From the NCBI RefSeq assembly GCF_006345805.1, contig NC_043004.1:27590001-27654000 (forward strand): 64,000 nucleotides of DNA, written 5' to 3'. Made by a program: the position numbers and the translations under genes. Of this stretch, positions 24,412 through 39,540 are shown one piece after another. A model generated the notes under the pieces. The model made no database searches. It saw nothing but the letters and a program-made list of their open reading frames with translations, and was not told the origin of the DNA. The number at the start of each line of letters is the position of its first letter. Positions within the stretch are counted from its first letter, which is position 1. The stretch is from Octopus sinensis (taxonomy: Eukaryota).

Positions 24412-24575
24412 ACAAGTTTCTTTCAGTTTCCCTCTACCAAATCTACTCACAAGGCTTTGGTCAACCCAAGGCTATATTAGAAGACATTTGTCCAAGGTAT
24501 TACACAGTGAAACTGAACCTGGAACCATGTGGTTGGGAAGCAAGCTTTTTACCACACAGCCACACCTGCACCTAC
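23953..24575. mobile_element. SINE (third family, minus strand) interrupted by a Penelope-like repeat (24170-24380, plus) with a hammerhead-like motif at 24251-24290
   Basis: SINE tail 23953-24160 and head 24405-24575; CTGCTGAAGAGCATAGGCTTGAAACATAAAAGAC lies between them. Confidence 0.7.
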
Positions 24576-24885
24576 ATATATATAAATTGAAGGACAGAAA
24601 GATATTTAGATACATGTATACACACATACAATCAGAAATACGCATCTATACGTACACAGAAGTGCACATACACTCACACACAGACACACATTTGCACTTA
24701 CACAGATATGCAAAAGTCCCTCAGACACATACACATCAACATAGATGCATACATACACATCTACATAAATAAGGGAAGCATTATATACATGAATGATGCA
24801 TCATAGAATAAAGACATAAAATATAACAAATACTACAGTTGATATAATCTAATAATTAATCTTATAATTAAGATACATATGAAAA

Positions 24886-26200
24886 TTACAAAATACTCTT
24901 TTTTCTGTATTTTGTAGCAACGTATTCCCTTACAGTTTTGTCATATGAGAGCTTCCTTGCAATGTCATTTTCTAGAGACAACATGCATAAGGAATTTAAG
25001 TGCTCTTCAGCCATGGTAGACCAAAATTTATTCTTTTCAAATGAAAGCTTTGAGGAACTCCTTTCTGCTTCACAGCTTGTGATAGGCATTGTCAAGCACA
25101 GCTTATGTGCAGTGGTAATATTAGGGGACACGTCACTTAATTGTTGCTCATAAATAAGCTGAAGAACCTCTGTGCATTGCATTTTAGATGCTGTGTTTTC
25201 TTCTGTGTTCCGGGATTTCCAAAGGTGTAAATGCTCTTTGAACTGATAACACTCTTTTACTAATTTGTAGTCAATATTGTCTTTGTAAGGCGATATTATA
25301 AGTTTGATACTGTTCTCATCAAATTCTGAATTGTTCATTAATTCCGAGAGAAACTTGTACCTTTTCACAATCTGCTCATATGGCTCTATCCTCTTGCTTA
25401 ACTGGATTATTAAGCAGTCATAGACTTGATTTTAGAACTTCTATCCTAAACTTTTCAGCCCCTTTCAAAAAAGCCCTATCACTTGTTCCATCTGCAAATT
25501 TCTTTGTCACAATGCATTTAGAAACATTAGAATAATTTGAGGTGATATATTCACATAAACCTTTTGCTACTGATTCACTTCTTCCCAAATGTCTATTAAA
25601 ACAATATACTCCAGTTTTACCTACTTGTGGCACAAATTTTTTGCATTTCGCTTAACATGTGTTTGAGAGTGTGTAAAATATCCCTATATCATTTTTAATT
25701 GCCCGAACTGCTTCATAGTATGCAGACCATCTAGCTACACTTAAGCTCCTTAGAGAAAAAGGCTAGATTGCCCTGTGTGATTAAAATCCTCCATCTTCAA
25801 GGAGATTCAGAAAAGAAAACATATAGCTGCCGCAAGATGCCAAACAACTTCAGGTACACTAGACACTGCCTTTTCTCCAACAAGGCTGAGTGAATGGCTT
25901 GCATATGGTACATAGTCTGCATATCTGTTAATGTTTTTAAGAAGTGATTGCAGCCTTTCTCAGATATTTTCAAGTGAAAGCTTATACTCCCCCAGAAATT
26001 GTATTATTTTGTTGAATAAAGTTGTGGATGAATGGTTTTCTACCAGCAAAAATGCTAAAAAAATCTCTCACAGGGCTTTCTATTATAACAGTATCAAGCG
26101 ACAATAACCAGCTGGTCAACATATGTCATGTCAGGTGTAGGGTCAACAATAATTGAGTAGTTTTTGGTGTCTAGGCTTTAATCTGCTGTATCCATCAACA
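24886..26200 (-). mobile_element. Degraded hAT transposase, including the C-terminal dimerisation domain
   Basis: LCLTMPITSCEAERSSSKLS..KNKFWSTMAEEHLNSLCMLSLENDIARKLSY; upstream HSLSLVG and WSAYYEAVRAIK. Confidence 0.88.
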
Positions 26201-27174
26201 AGAAATATGAGGTATCGTATTGCTATCACCAGAAGTTCATCCTTCTGGTAAATTTCAAGCCACTGGCCACTGGCAACCTGGCTACACATCCTTAGTACTA
26301 GCCACCACCACTCACACCAAGGTCACCATCACCACCTAACTCCCATGACAACAGCACTGATAGTAGCTTCAGCAACACCGGTGGTAACAGCAACATCTCC
26401 AGGCCTGGAGATGCACCAGAAATGTGAACATAGACAAAATGAGATGACCAAGGAATAAACAATTATCTTATGAACTTCATTAGCTAACAGAAGAGTAGAG
26501 ATAAACTTAAAGATGAAAGCAAAGCACTGCTAACACAAAAGTAGGACACATTATTGGCTTATAAATCTTTAATATACTTAGTAGTAAATTATATTTGTAA
26601 AATGAAATACTGTGTCCCTACATGCAATTTATATTTGCCTATGTTTATACATATTGTTGTTGTTGAGTCTTAGATCAGCCTAGTTGGATAGATTAACACT
26701 GAAAGACACTCCAGCCATGATCATCTCATCTTTCTGTATATCTAGAACTACATTAAACACGGTGCCTTTCCCTTTTTAATATGTTAAATTGTAGATTTGA
26801 CTACTACTCCTATCAGAACAAGTGACCACATAGAGCCACTTTTGTTGGCTCAACAGCTTGTGTATGTTGCATGTGTGAGTGTGTGTCTCTGTGTATGTTG
26901 TATGTGTGTATGTGTTCATAATTTCCATTCCTTACTGGGAAGATGAAGAACAGAAACATTTATAATTATGCAGGCCCTCTCTTCCCACACTGATTAGATT
27001 TTAATGTTGCTGATGTTCAGCTTTCACAAAATTGAGATACACTTGGATCGAGATGATCATGGAGAGGATTAAGGAGGTTCAGCAGAGTGTTTTGGTGGTG
27101 GGTTTGAGGAGTAACAGGCAGTTGAAACAAAGATAAAGACTGCAGAGTAGTAAGTCATTGTGGTGGTGTGGAAC

Positions 27175-27218
<44 letters not shown>

Positions 27219-28799
27219 CAGCAGCAGCAACAGTAGCAGCAGCGGCAGCAGCAGTAGTAGTTATTGTTGTTCTTTCTCAGATCAACCAACCTTTGATTGA
27301 ACAGATTTATTATCAAATGTATTCAAACCATGACCCTCCTAGACAAAATTATCCAGTCAGTTTTTTAAGATGGTATGAAATAGTTTGAAGGCGATTTGGC
27401 AGTTAATCTAGCAAGATGAGAAAGGGGTGATTGGAGGTTCAAGTAAGTGGAGTGTTACTATGAGGTACACAAGTGATCTAGTCACCAATAAATAATTCTC
27501 CAAAAACATTTTGTAACTAGACAGCAGGCTATATTCTGCTAAACTGACCAACTTCATATATCATTAGTCATGTTTATCATTACTCTGATATGGCACTGAC
27601 ATAAACTTGATCATATTGATTGATCACTCAAACAGAAGTCATTAGTCAGTACATTGTTATGAAACAACGATGTACATTAATGCTAGGTCATCATCAGCGA
27701 TGTGTTATACAATAACATATATGTATATACAGTGAGAGGTGTTACGCATCATCATCACCACTATTCTACTGTTCAACTCCTGTTCTTCCCCTCCCTGCAT
27801 CCCTCTTTTGAATATTCTTTCCATCTTATTACTCTTATTGTTGAACACGCACATGCATGTGCATATACTCAGATACATACAACCATATACACTCTTCTTA
27901 TCATTCCCTCTCTCTCCACACTTCCAGCCAGAGACACACACAAAGTAATTCCTATTTATTATAGAATATTCGACAAAGTCAATCCAATATGCTGATCTAA
28001 AAACTACATCGCTGTCAATGCAACCCTTTTCTGTAAGAATTTTACATGTAAAGTCTCTGTTTCACTATCGCCATATTTATTTCACTGTTTCATCACAGGT
28101 GTTATTTTACCCAATCAGAAATTTAAGTAATTCAGAGACAAGTAATTGCTGAGCCATTTTTTTGCTTCTCTAAACAGAAAATGTGACTGGTTTTAGGCAC
28201 CAAAGACTTGACAGTAGACAAGTCTAGCCGTTGACCTTTGCAGTCTCATTATGCACAAACACCAGAAACTGATTACATAGAATGGAATTAATTCACTTTC
28301 AGTTTTCGCCAACCTAGATACATGTTGAATTAATTGAGGAATTGTTTAAGCAGATCTATTTCTCTTATTTTGAAAACATGCTTATTTAATTTAATTTTCT
28401 TTTACTTTTATGCTGTGATCTGCTGACTCATGTGTGGTACCAAAATGAGACATTCAAAGACATTCTCATTCAAATATTCAATGACATTTACTTAAAGTTG
28501 TTTTCAAGAGCATGATCATCTCTTGATTCTTGCTTGAACTAGCCTTAATTACACACCCTGGTCAAACAAAATGTAAATCTCAGTGGCATCAAATTGGATC
28601 TACAGGTTGTTCTGAAGTTTAATCAGACTCCAAAACCACAAATAAAGTAACAGGAGTTATTAAATATACATCTTCTTTCTTATGAAACTTATCTCATCTG
28701 GTTCAATGTTCTTGTTTACTTAACATCTCCAATGCACGCACGCACACACACACACACACATACACACATCTGTGGCTGTGTTTAAGAAGAACTCACCAT

Positions 28800-29900
28800 C
28801 TTTTTTGATTTCAGGGAAAGAAATTACAGACACTTTCAATAGTTCCCAAACAGTTACCATTTCAATACAGGTGCCACACAAATTCATGATGTGAAAATAG
28901 CAAAAGAATTTTCATTGAAATAATACCATTTATATTCTCTTCCACTTGACTGCCATATTAGTACCATTGTCTTATCCTTGACCCACACAATCTTCCTAAA
29001 GAATAACTATTTTTATTTAATGTTTCTTTTATTAGGTTTGTTATCTCAAAACTTATTTTCTCATATCAATCTTCAAAAGATATCAATCTCTCCTGAGTCG
29101 TAAATTCACAATCTACACATTAGAGGTAAAGTATAATAAATGTTGTATGTTTAAAATTGTGTGGTATCAGGTGTTGCATCAACTGTAAATGGATAGCATT
29201 TTAGCTTTGATCTTTTTTGGGAGTATGTATTCCAAAATTAGATAAGACCAAAGAGAAATAACTTTACTTAGTGATTCAACAGGAAAATCATGTACATGCA
29301 ACATTTCTCCATTTTCCTGGCTTTCTTTCACCTTCTTGGTATAGGTCAGAAATGTCAAGGAAAGTCAAGTATGGGATCTCAGTAAGACAAAAGTTCAGCA
29401 AGCTCAAGGAAGTTACCATTGTGAACATCTCCAATCAGATGAGAGGTACCATGGAATGCTAATTCCCTTTCACCAAAGTATGAAATAGTGTAAATTAAAT
29501 TACGTAAAATATTAGATCAGTTAGTCTCCTTAATTACAAGTTGTCTATGTAGAAAATGTTACATGCATCTGTTTGAATAAATATTCTGTTGGAACTCTCT
29601 CTATGATACATAATTCAATTTATGCTGGTTATTATGTTTATACCAAATAAATTCTGTGGCATAACTTTCTCTATCCATTCTTTATAGTCAAATCTGATGT
29701 ATTTACTCTGTATTTTCCAAATAGTCAACATAGTAAGCAAAATATGGCTTCATACTCCATACTAACCAGTTTGGAATATCAAATATCAGAGAGTTGTTGA
29801 TTGTTATTCTTGTCTAAAATTACTGACTGAAAAAATTGCTGTTCACTATCACTTATTTAAGACATTATTCAACGTTTTCTGTAGTTCTTTCTATTAAAGT
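28800..29900 (-). mobile_element. Degraded hAT transposase (N-terminal and central part)
   Basis: FGERELAFHGT, HNGNFLELAELLSY*DPIL, TVDATPD and HIMNLCG match hAT/ZMYM-like motifs. Confidence 0.75.
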
Positions 29901-30849
29901 TCCAATATCAAATCAATCTTGTATGTCATCAATATATGCTTTCTCACGGCTTTGTTTTATGTTTGTGATATTCTGTTCCATTCCAGTGTAATTTATTTGA
30001 CCACTGTAGATGGTTCTTGGACAGCAATTTCGCTCTGACATTTTAGATGAAGTCAGTTTGTTCAAGGGCAAGTTCATCGCCTGTTGATTGGTTTACATTT
30101 TAGAAATGATACCTATACCCAGTAATGATATTTTTCATTTGTAGTTTTGTTCATTTCTCACTTGATTCTGAATTCCTTATACGCTCCAGATATTTTCTTA
30201 TTCTCTGCACTGCTATGATCAAGGAATATGTAGGAAATCAATAGAATGATCTTTTATATAACAACTATGAATTTATACATAATGCTGACTTTTATTTCCT
30301 ACACACAAAAAGATATTACCTCTTCCATTTTGACTGGTGGAATATTGCTATAATAATTATGTAACATGTGATTTAAAAATACAGGGTTTCACATTGTACA
30401 GAATTAAAGCAAAGGATATTTCAAATCTTGACCTATAGCAATAATCAAGGCAAAAAGTTTGTAAATTTGTCTATGAATATATAATTCATATTTTTCTGTA
30501 TACAAATTAAATGTGTCACAGAAAATGTTCATAAATATTTACATTTTCACAAAATCAATGGGATAATTTGTATTGGCTTCAAGGGACATGATAAGAGTAA
30601 CAGATGCCACAGTTGATATTGATGTGGGTAACACCAAAATGCCTGTCAAAATACTATTGAAAGTGTGGCGTCCATTTCACTTTGTGCCAACAGACCAAAA
30701 CATGCCACTAACAGTTTGAAAAATGAAATTTAACTTGCAGCAAATAAAAGGAAAAGATTTTTTTAATGAGAAGTAATCAAGTGATAAAAGCCAGATAAAG
30801 GATCCTGAGACATAAGCAGAATCATTACTTGAGACCAGCATTTTTTGCC

Positions 30850-31340
30850 AATTCAATAAATGGTGATCTCACAAGAATATTTGAAGCTGCAAAACAAATT
30901 TACTATATTTTCTAATTCCACTTGTAGTGTATGCCTATATTAAAAGAACTTTTGACCACAAAATAGGTGTCATTTGCAGAAATGTACAAATGCTGATATA
31001 AATGACCAAGATTTGTCAAATGAATTTATTGACATGGAAACTATAGGATATTGCAACTGAGAGATTTACTCAAAAAATATATGCAGCTAAAATTTGGATA
31101 ACACCATCCCAATATAATTGTGAATCATTCTAGATGTTTCTCATAGTGTCCACAACTACAGACTCAACAAAACTTTCATTCAGTAAGTTTAAACGGATAA
31201 GGATCTATTTCAGAACAATCCTATCTCAAAGTTATCTGTTGGCCTTAGCTCAACTCTACATTGAATCAGAACTCAGTCAAAATATTGATTTCAGATATTA
31301 TACAAAACTTTACACACAAGGAGGTACACAAAGTGTTGCT
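30850..31340 (+). mobile_element. Degraded hAT C-terminal dimerisation domain
   Basis: MFLIVSTTTDSTKLSFSKFKRIRIYFRTILSQSYLLALAQLYIESELSQNIDF. Confidence 0.75.
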
Positions 31341-32063
31341 GGAAAAGAAACCCCAGTTAGTCATTTGTGGTCTTAGTTAATAAACAAAATGATGCTGTTT
31401 TAATCATTAGTGCCCTAAGGCAAGCTAATTCTGAGTTTAAATCATTCTTTCAAAAGCTCAGACAGGCTGTGTTGATTTAATGCTGCATTGCAAATAATGA
31501 AGTTTATTGCTGAGAAAATCTTTACCCATCATCCACATATCTAGCAAGGTAACCTAAGATATTATTGTAATGTTTAAATCCAGTTTCACCTTGACTGAGT
31601 AGATCTAAAAGGAAAGCCATCATAACCATTACCATACTGTCTTTTAGAAGTATCTAGCTATAATGTGTCCTTATTTCAGACAGTAGATCTTTTAATTTCT
31701 TGTGATGAAAGACAGAGCCCTGTGGAATGTAACTTACTATTTGTGTTTCCTTTGCAGTCTGCCTTTTGGAAAGTCATGTAGCCACTCCACTTTCCACACA
31801 GCTATTCCTATACATATAAACACACACACACATATATATATATACACACACATGTATATATACACACATATATACACACACACATATATATACATATATA
31901 TATAAACATATGCATATACATACATACATATAAGCATATATACATGTACATACATATATACATATACATACATATAAACAAATGTATGTACATACATATG
32001 TATATACATTTACATATGTATATACATACACATATATATATGTATATACATACATATTGGTGA

Positions 32064-32503
32064 TTGGTGAATGCAATTGTTTTCCCAATAGCAACATATG
32101 GATGCAAGACCTGGACACTAAAGAAAGCTGACCAGAAGAGAATTAATGCATTCGAGCTTTGGTGTTGGAGAAGACTTTTACGGATTCCATGGACAGCGAG
32201 GCTCTCCAATGGAGAAGTACTTAAGCAGATCAGGCCGAAAATGTCGCTAGAAGCTAAATTCACCAAGCATAGATTGGCATATTTCGGTCATATTATGTGG
32301 AGAAAAGCCCTGGAGAAGGACATCATGCTCGGAATGGTCAGTGGCAAGAGAAGAAGAGGCTGACCAAGAACCTGCTGGCTTGACACCATCAAGAGTGATA
32401 CCGGAATGGACATAGCCAATCTGAAAGAAGCGGGCCAGGATAGAACTGACTGGAGGACACTGATCCAACGAGTAACTAAGAGTCGACTTCAACTGAGCGG
32501 ATA
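32064..32503 (+). mobile_element. RTE (BovB-like) 3' ORF fragment
   Basis: VFPIATYGCKTWTLKKADQKRINAFELWCWRRLLRIPWTAR...LAYFGHIM...LEKDIMLGMVSGKRRRG; single in-frame stop. Confidence 0.92.
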
Positions 32504-33539
32504 GATAAATAGATATACATACATATACATGTATATATATATAATAACATAGAGCAACAATGTATTTTTTAATATGAATGTATGCGCATATACGTATGTT
32601 TTGCATACACACACATATATATAGACTATTATTTTTTATATGTATCTGTATTTATATCTATATGTGTGTGCCTTTTTTTTCGCTCTTTGCACTTGTATGA
32701 GTATATATACTCTTATATGGTGTCCCTTTATGTATTCTCAAATCAAAAACAACTGGAATTCCTATATCTATGTATAGTAATGTGCAGATATTCCTCAACT
32801 CATGTATATATAAATATAGTAACAATTTTTTCCTCATAAGTTTTTATAGGACATTGTGTATAAATTTTTTTTGTATACTTATGTTCACCTCTAAACTTGT
32901 ACTTTCTCTTATATTCATAATACACAATTCTCCTCTATTACTTGAATATTAATATGAATCTAATACCACTATATATCCCTCATACATTATATCAAGCTAG
33001 TTCCTTACCTAATATTTTTATTTTTATTTATACTTAAACATAGTTACATATGAATTAAACTCTCTTTTCTCTTTTTTCATTCCCAGCTCATTTATCTCTC
33101 CTACATTGTTATTTATCTATAATCCAACATCCAGTAATAAATCCCTTTTTTTTCATCTTTGTAATCATAGTAAGTATTTACTATATAATTGTAATATTAA
33201 CAACTATTTTTCTGTTTTTACTTATTTTTCTACCTTATATTTAAAACATACTAATGAATATTAGTTCTTATACAAACAATAGTCCATTCTACAAATCTTA
33301 TTCTCTCTTTAATCCATTTTTGCCTCTATAACACTTGTTTACATTAACAATATAGGAGCTCTTTATACACTATCTCCTCTAGTTTAACTTCATTCACATG
33401 TATTAAAATTTTCAAATATACACCACACTAAGTATTGTTTCTAACTGTTAGGTCATATCTTAATTCAAATATAGCCATGCCTTTCCATTGGACATTTCTG
33501 TACAATCTTTTCCCTATGTGACTTATTTGAATAATACTG

Positions 33540-33712
33540 TTCTATATTTAAAAGATGAGGAATTATGTACATTATTTACATTTGATAGATATTTGTCCTC
33601 GTCTTGTTTGTTGTTAACATAACATTTCAGCTGATATACCTTCATCAGCCTTCATCAGGTGTCTTAGGGAAATTTTGAACCTGGGTTCTCATTCCTAAGG
33701 TATTTTTCGATG
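33540..33712 (-). repeat. Penelope-like terminal repeat with degenerate hammerhead (CUGAUGA-A-GGCUG...CAGCU-GAAAU-GUU)
   Basis: Motif at 33620-33663; apparent CpG decay in the GAAAC-GUU segment. Confidence 0.5.
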
Positions 33713-33739
33713 TTATTATTATTATTATTATTATTATTA

Positions 33740-36733
33740 ATTTAAAATAAAATATGGTCCGTTGTCTTCTGCTGAACTGGGATCATCCCTTGGCCCTAGA
33801 GTTACAGCAGGTCCTCATCTCATGGAGAGTACACTGTGTAAAATGTGTGCAGAACCTAGCAACACTATTTTCTGAAGTTCTCCCCTTTAACACTGCAAGG
33901 GAGTTTGTTGAGCTGCTTATCAAGGCCTTTTTTAATTAGCCCTAACACTCCAATCACCACTGGTGCTGTGCTGCTTTTCATCTTGGTCACTTCCATTTCT
34001 AGGTCTTTGTACTTAAATAACTTCTCAACTTCTGTAATGGACACATTTCTCTCTGATGGTACTGTCACATCTATCATTAGGCATTTCTTATTCTTCCCAT
34101 CTTTGATGATTATGTCCGGCCTGTTTGCCTTGATTTCTTTATCGGTGTTGATTGGCATGTCTCAGAGTACTGTTACATCATCTTTTCCGGTCACAGTTTC
34201 AGGTTTATGCTGGTACCATCTTTCTGAAGTTGGAAGCTGGTAGTGTTTACATATCTTCTAATAGATATATTGTGCTATTCTATCATGTCTATGAATATAT
34301 TCGGTTTTTGCAAGCGCTGTGCATCCAGTTAAGAAGTGGTCCACTGTTTCATCCTGCTCATGACACATTCTGCATTTTTGGTCAGTGCCATCGTTCATTA
34401 TTTTGTTGTGGTAAGCCCTGGTTGCCAAGCTTTGATCTTGTGCTGCTATGATAAAACCCTCGGTTTCAACCTTCAGTCCTGTGCTCTTCATCCATTCGTG
34501 AGTGTTTCGTTTTTCTACGTCTAGTTTGTTCACTCTACTTGGGTATCAGCCATGCATCGGTTTTTCTAGCCATTCTTCTTTGCTCTTCTTCTGGGCTTGT
34601 TTTTTCATCTCTTCCTTTAACTCTTTTAGCAAACTCGGTTACTTTCTCACTTGCCTTCATTCTAGGTTCCTCCATCATCAGTTGTTTCTTAAACTGTACA
34701 GATTCTTTGTATACCGAGTATAGCTTCTTTACTTTATCATGCTGGTGCACAAGCTTCATTAGAGGATCTTTTGACAGTTCAAGATATGTATTTAATCCTA
34801 CAGTAGTGGTTTTGTAAGATAATTCTAATTGAGTTAGTCCTCTTCCTCCCATGCTTCTTGGTAAATACATCCTGTTCACGTCTACTTTGGGGTGGTTCAT
34901 TCAAGCCATGGTTAGTAGTTTTCTGATCTTGGAGTCTAGTTTCTTTGTTTCGCTCATTTGCCAGTTGATTATGTTGAAACTGTAAGCTACGATTGGTACT
35001 GCAAGAGTGTTAATGGCTTCTATTTTGTTTGCAGCGTTGAGTTCACTCTTTGTTACTAACCATACTCTCCTGTAGTACTCTTTTCTAATCTTATCTTTCA
35101 TTGCTGGATGTTTTACGCCATTACTTTCATCTATGCCAAGGTATTTATATGCTTCTTCCTGGTTCAGTGCTCGGACTCTTGCTTCTGTATCTACGTGGAT
35201 ACCCACAGAACATGCCAGTTTGCCTCTTATGAAAGAAGCTTTTGCACATTTCTCCAGTCCAAACTGTATCTTGATATCATCACTGGACTTTTTAACCATA
35301 GCAGGTAGACCTTCTTGTTGTTCATCATTTTTTTTAGTACATTTTCAGATCATCCATGTAGAACAGATGACTCCTTTTTTTTCTTCTTGATCTCATATCG
35401 TTTCCCGGTTTTGTTGAGCATGGTACTTAATGGTGCTAGTGCCAAGCAGAATATTAAGGGTGACAACGAGTCCCCTTGGAAGATACCACTTTTGATCTTG
35501 ATTGGTCTGCTTGTTATTGATCCACTGGAATGGTTCAGCAGCAACGTAGTTTCCTGTGTATTCATGCTGTGTTTCATAAACTTGATGAGGGTTGGGGATT
35601 CTTTGTATACTTCCATAACTTTCAGAATCCATGAGTGAAGTACACTATCGAACGCCTTTTTATAGTCGATCCATGATGTACTCAGGCTCGTTTTCCTGGT
35701 TTTGCAGTCTTCGAGGATCATTTTGTTTATCAGCAATTGGTCCTTGCATCCATCGCTCCCTCTTTGACAACCTTTTTGTTCTGGTGGTCGTAGATTCTTT
35801 TTTCTTCTAGGAATGTGTTTGTTCTTTCAGTGATTACAGATGTTAATATTTTATACATTGTTGGAAGACAGGTGATTGGTCAATAGTTCTTTGGGTTTTC
35901 TGTATCATTTGTTTTCGGTATTAGGTATGTCACTCCCTGTGTCAACCAGCCTGGGCTATTTTCTGGATTTTTCATGACTTCGTTGCATGCTGATAACATA
36001 TCTCTATCTATATCAACTTGTTTGATCTAGAAGTTTGGTACTCGATCTATTCCCAGTGACTTACAATTGCTGGCTTATTCAGGGCCAGGATGACCTCCTC
36101 CTTTTGAATATCTTCACATTCCTGTACTTCTTTATTTTCCAGGAGTGTTTCTTGTTCTTTAATCCAGTCTGCATCTTCATTATGTTGTTTTTCATTTTCC
36201 CTTATCATACTCCAGACATTTTCCATATCCTCTTTCTTTGGTGGTTGCTCAACATTTATTTGTTATTTACCGAGTTCCCTGTAAAATTTCTTTCCATCTT
36301 CTTTAAATAATTTGTTTTGTTTAGATTTTTTGCTTCACTTTATATATCGTGACAGTTGTTTTGCCTTTGCTTGGATTTTTTGCTTTAGGTTTTCTTTTGC
36401 TTCAGGTATTTCATTTTTTTGTTTGATCCCATGCTTCTTACATATTTTCTTGGCTTTTCTTTGGTTGACCTAGTTTCCGTTACTTATTTCGGTCAGTATT
36501 GATAGGTCACCTCTCTTGCATTGTATATCCTTTTCTAGGTTATCTTTCCATTTTGGTTGTCTTTTCTTCTGTTGAGCAGTTTTCTTTTTTAGTTTTATGC
36601 CGTTTGCTTCAGTAATAACTGCAGATGTAGCATAGGCTAGTTGGTTTAGCAATGTTATATTTAGCGGTTCTATTGCTGTTGATTTTATCGTATCTATTAC
36701 ATTATTGCCAATTTTAATCAACTCCTTCAGGTT
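33740..36733 (-). mobile_element. R4/Dong-clade non-LTR retrotransposon, disabled: RT, CCHC finger and RLE endonuclease
   Basis: [45 protein letters not shown] and NRPDIIIKD..IDVTVP..EK..KYKDL; 3' end abuts (TAA)n at 33713-33740. Confidence 0.92.
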
Positions 36734-38020
36734 CCCAAACAAGTCTGGCATACTTTTATAAAACTCATAGGGCAGACCATCGAGACCTGGCGACTTTTCC
36801 CCGGAGTACTCGCCCAACACTTCGATTACTTCCTCGGCTGTGATTGGCCCTTCACAGTATTCAACCTCTCAAGCCGAGAGATGCGGGCCACCAGACAGGA
36901 AGTCCCTAAGGGCCTCACCTCCCAAACAACTCGGCGAAGTACCTGTAAAGCGCCTGACACATCTTGACCCGCTCCTTGACCATGCATCCGTTTTCGTCAA
37001 TAAGAGACCTAATTGTGGAATCGTTGCCACACTGGGTTTCTATCGTATGGGCCCATCCAGCAACATTAATTCCCTCACAGCCCAATGCTCACACTTTAGC
37101 CCAAACTCTACACCCCTCATGTTTGGCTTTGAGGCAACGGTCTAATGCCGTTCTCGCTGCCAAAATGTGAGATGCAGAGCCCAACCTCAACGCCTCCTCT
37201 ATCTTCTTAACTAGTTGCCCTTCTATTCTAGCCCTGTCTAGTTTTAGTTGTTTACTAAACCTAATGGACTCGAATCGAATGGCTCATTTGAGGGTGAACC
37301 ACCACCGGTTATTAACCACGGCTCCAGTTAACGCCCGCTGCACTAACTCCTTAATCCGGCTACAGTATGCCTCACAAGTCAAAATAGACTTGTTCAGCTT
37401 TCAGTAGCCAGGTCCTACAGTCAGTGTAGGACACCTGGACAAGCTGTGGACAACTAAAACCAGACTTATCTCTAGTTCTTATTACTGTCCTATCTAGATA
37501 AGACTTGAACCTTGCGTCACTACTCATCAAAGTCCACTCTGGGACGTTCGGATGGTCAAGTCTGTGACGATCTGCCAGCTGAAAACGTTTAAGCAGATCC
37601 ACAAGACGTGAGTTCACTTTTCTATCGGTCGAGGCAACACTATCGATGCGTGCGTCAACGATAGCGTTAAAGTCCCCTAATACCACTAATGTCTTCGATG
37701 TCACGAGAAAGCCCTCTAGGCACCGATAAAAATCAGTTTGGAAACCTCTAGCACAAGGTGCATAGAGTCCGATCAACCTGAAGGCCTTACTGCTGTATGT
37801 CACATAAAGGACGACTGGCCCACCTTCAGGGTCCACATAGACTGTACTCGTCTGCAGAGCCAAGCCTTTACGGAGAGGTGAGAAGGTTTGTAGACTGTCC
37901 AGCTTGGTCTCTGTAGCAACCATTACATGTATATCATATAATTTGAGATCGTCGAGGAAACACGCCTGCTTCCATTTCGAACTCAAACCATGCACATTTA
38001 AACAACAAAAGTTAAGTGAG
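36734..38020 (-). mobile_element. Tx1/L1-clade ORF2 fragment (APE endonuclease to start of RT)
   Basis: VATETKL, LIGLYAP, LVVLGDFNAIVD, SYLDR..YTD and KSPGLDGLPYEFY; truncated at both ends. Confidence 0.88.
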
Positions 38021-38466
38021 TCCGTTCACAAAAAGTAAAAAGTTATATTTACTTTTTCCTTGGAGAAGTTGGGGCTGAATTCACCACATGTGGATCAGCC
38101 CCTTTCTTCACATAATTTGGTAATTCGGAAATTTTCCAAATGCAGATGTTTGCATATCCATATACGTAAATATTAACAAGTGAAACTAATTATTACATAG
38201 GTAATCGTTTTTATATTTTGTATCTTTTCATTTGTCTTGCTTATTTTTACACTTTGGTTTTTTGCTGATTTTTTTCTTGAGAACACATTCTTCATGGAAA
38301 ATGGCAATTTTGACGTCTATATCTAGCATATAGGCTGTCCATTTTTTTAGTGGTCAGTCCTATAAATTTTGTATGTAAAAAAAAATTTTAAACTTCGGAT
38401 TTTTTAAAAATATGCTAGGCCACTGGTTTTGATTGATCAATATCAATTTCTACCCTTATTTAATTT

Positions 38467-38510
<44 letters not shown>

Positions 38511-38522
38511 CATGTATATATC

Positions 38523-38567
<45 letters not shown>

Positions 38568-38774
38568 GCATTTATGTTTATCTATATATTTGTATGTGTG
38601 TTTACATGTGTATTACTATTGTATATATGTATTTGCTTAAATGAGTATGTATGTATATTTTATATGTGCATTCACATGCTTGACTTTTATGCATAAAGTT
38701 TAGATGTATCTTTTCCTTATTGTTAGATTCTTTAGTGAATGCCATTATCTTCTCTATCTTTATTTCTCTCTCTC

Positions 38775-38813
<39 letters not shown>

Positions 38814-39357
38814 CTCCATTCTACCACTTATTTTCCTTCCAACTGCCACCTCTTATTCTTATTCTGATTCTCTCTTAAACGTAGCAAAAACGTATGATGT
38901 GCATATATATATGTGTAGATACCTATATATACATTAGTATTTTGCCTGTGTATGTTTCTAGATATGTATGCATGTATTAGAGTTTGTATGTTTAATGTAC
39001 ATATGTACGTTTATGTTTTTTAGTGTGTATAGGTTTAAGTGCACAGTGTGTTTAGTTCTAGGCCATTTGATTTATGTAAGTGAATATTATTACATGCAGA
39101 CTTGCATTTATTTTTAATTAAACTTACTTTACCATTAATTAATTTATTCTTGGTATATATGTTTTCCCTTCTAACTACAGTTATTTCTGAAATTTTGATT
39201 TTTGATTTAAGCTGTTTTTCAGTTTTAGTACTTATTATATCGACCAGGACATAAATAAATGGCATGTCAGTGTGAAACTCAGAGTAACAGTTTTTGTGAT
39301 GTTTTTACGGCATTATTAATAATACATATACATATACATACATACATATATACATAC

Positions 39358-39464
<107 letters not shown>

Positions 39465-39540
39465 TATATATATATTGATAAAACGGTAAGATAACAAAAG
39501 AAAGAAAGAGACCTCAATATTATGTAAATAGAGGAAATTT

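Noticed and set aside
28795-28890. Exon-like segment with a strong minus-strand donor GATG|gtgagt
   Set aside because: The translation matches the hAT transposase H.LNL motif region and is collinear with other hAT motifs.
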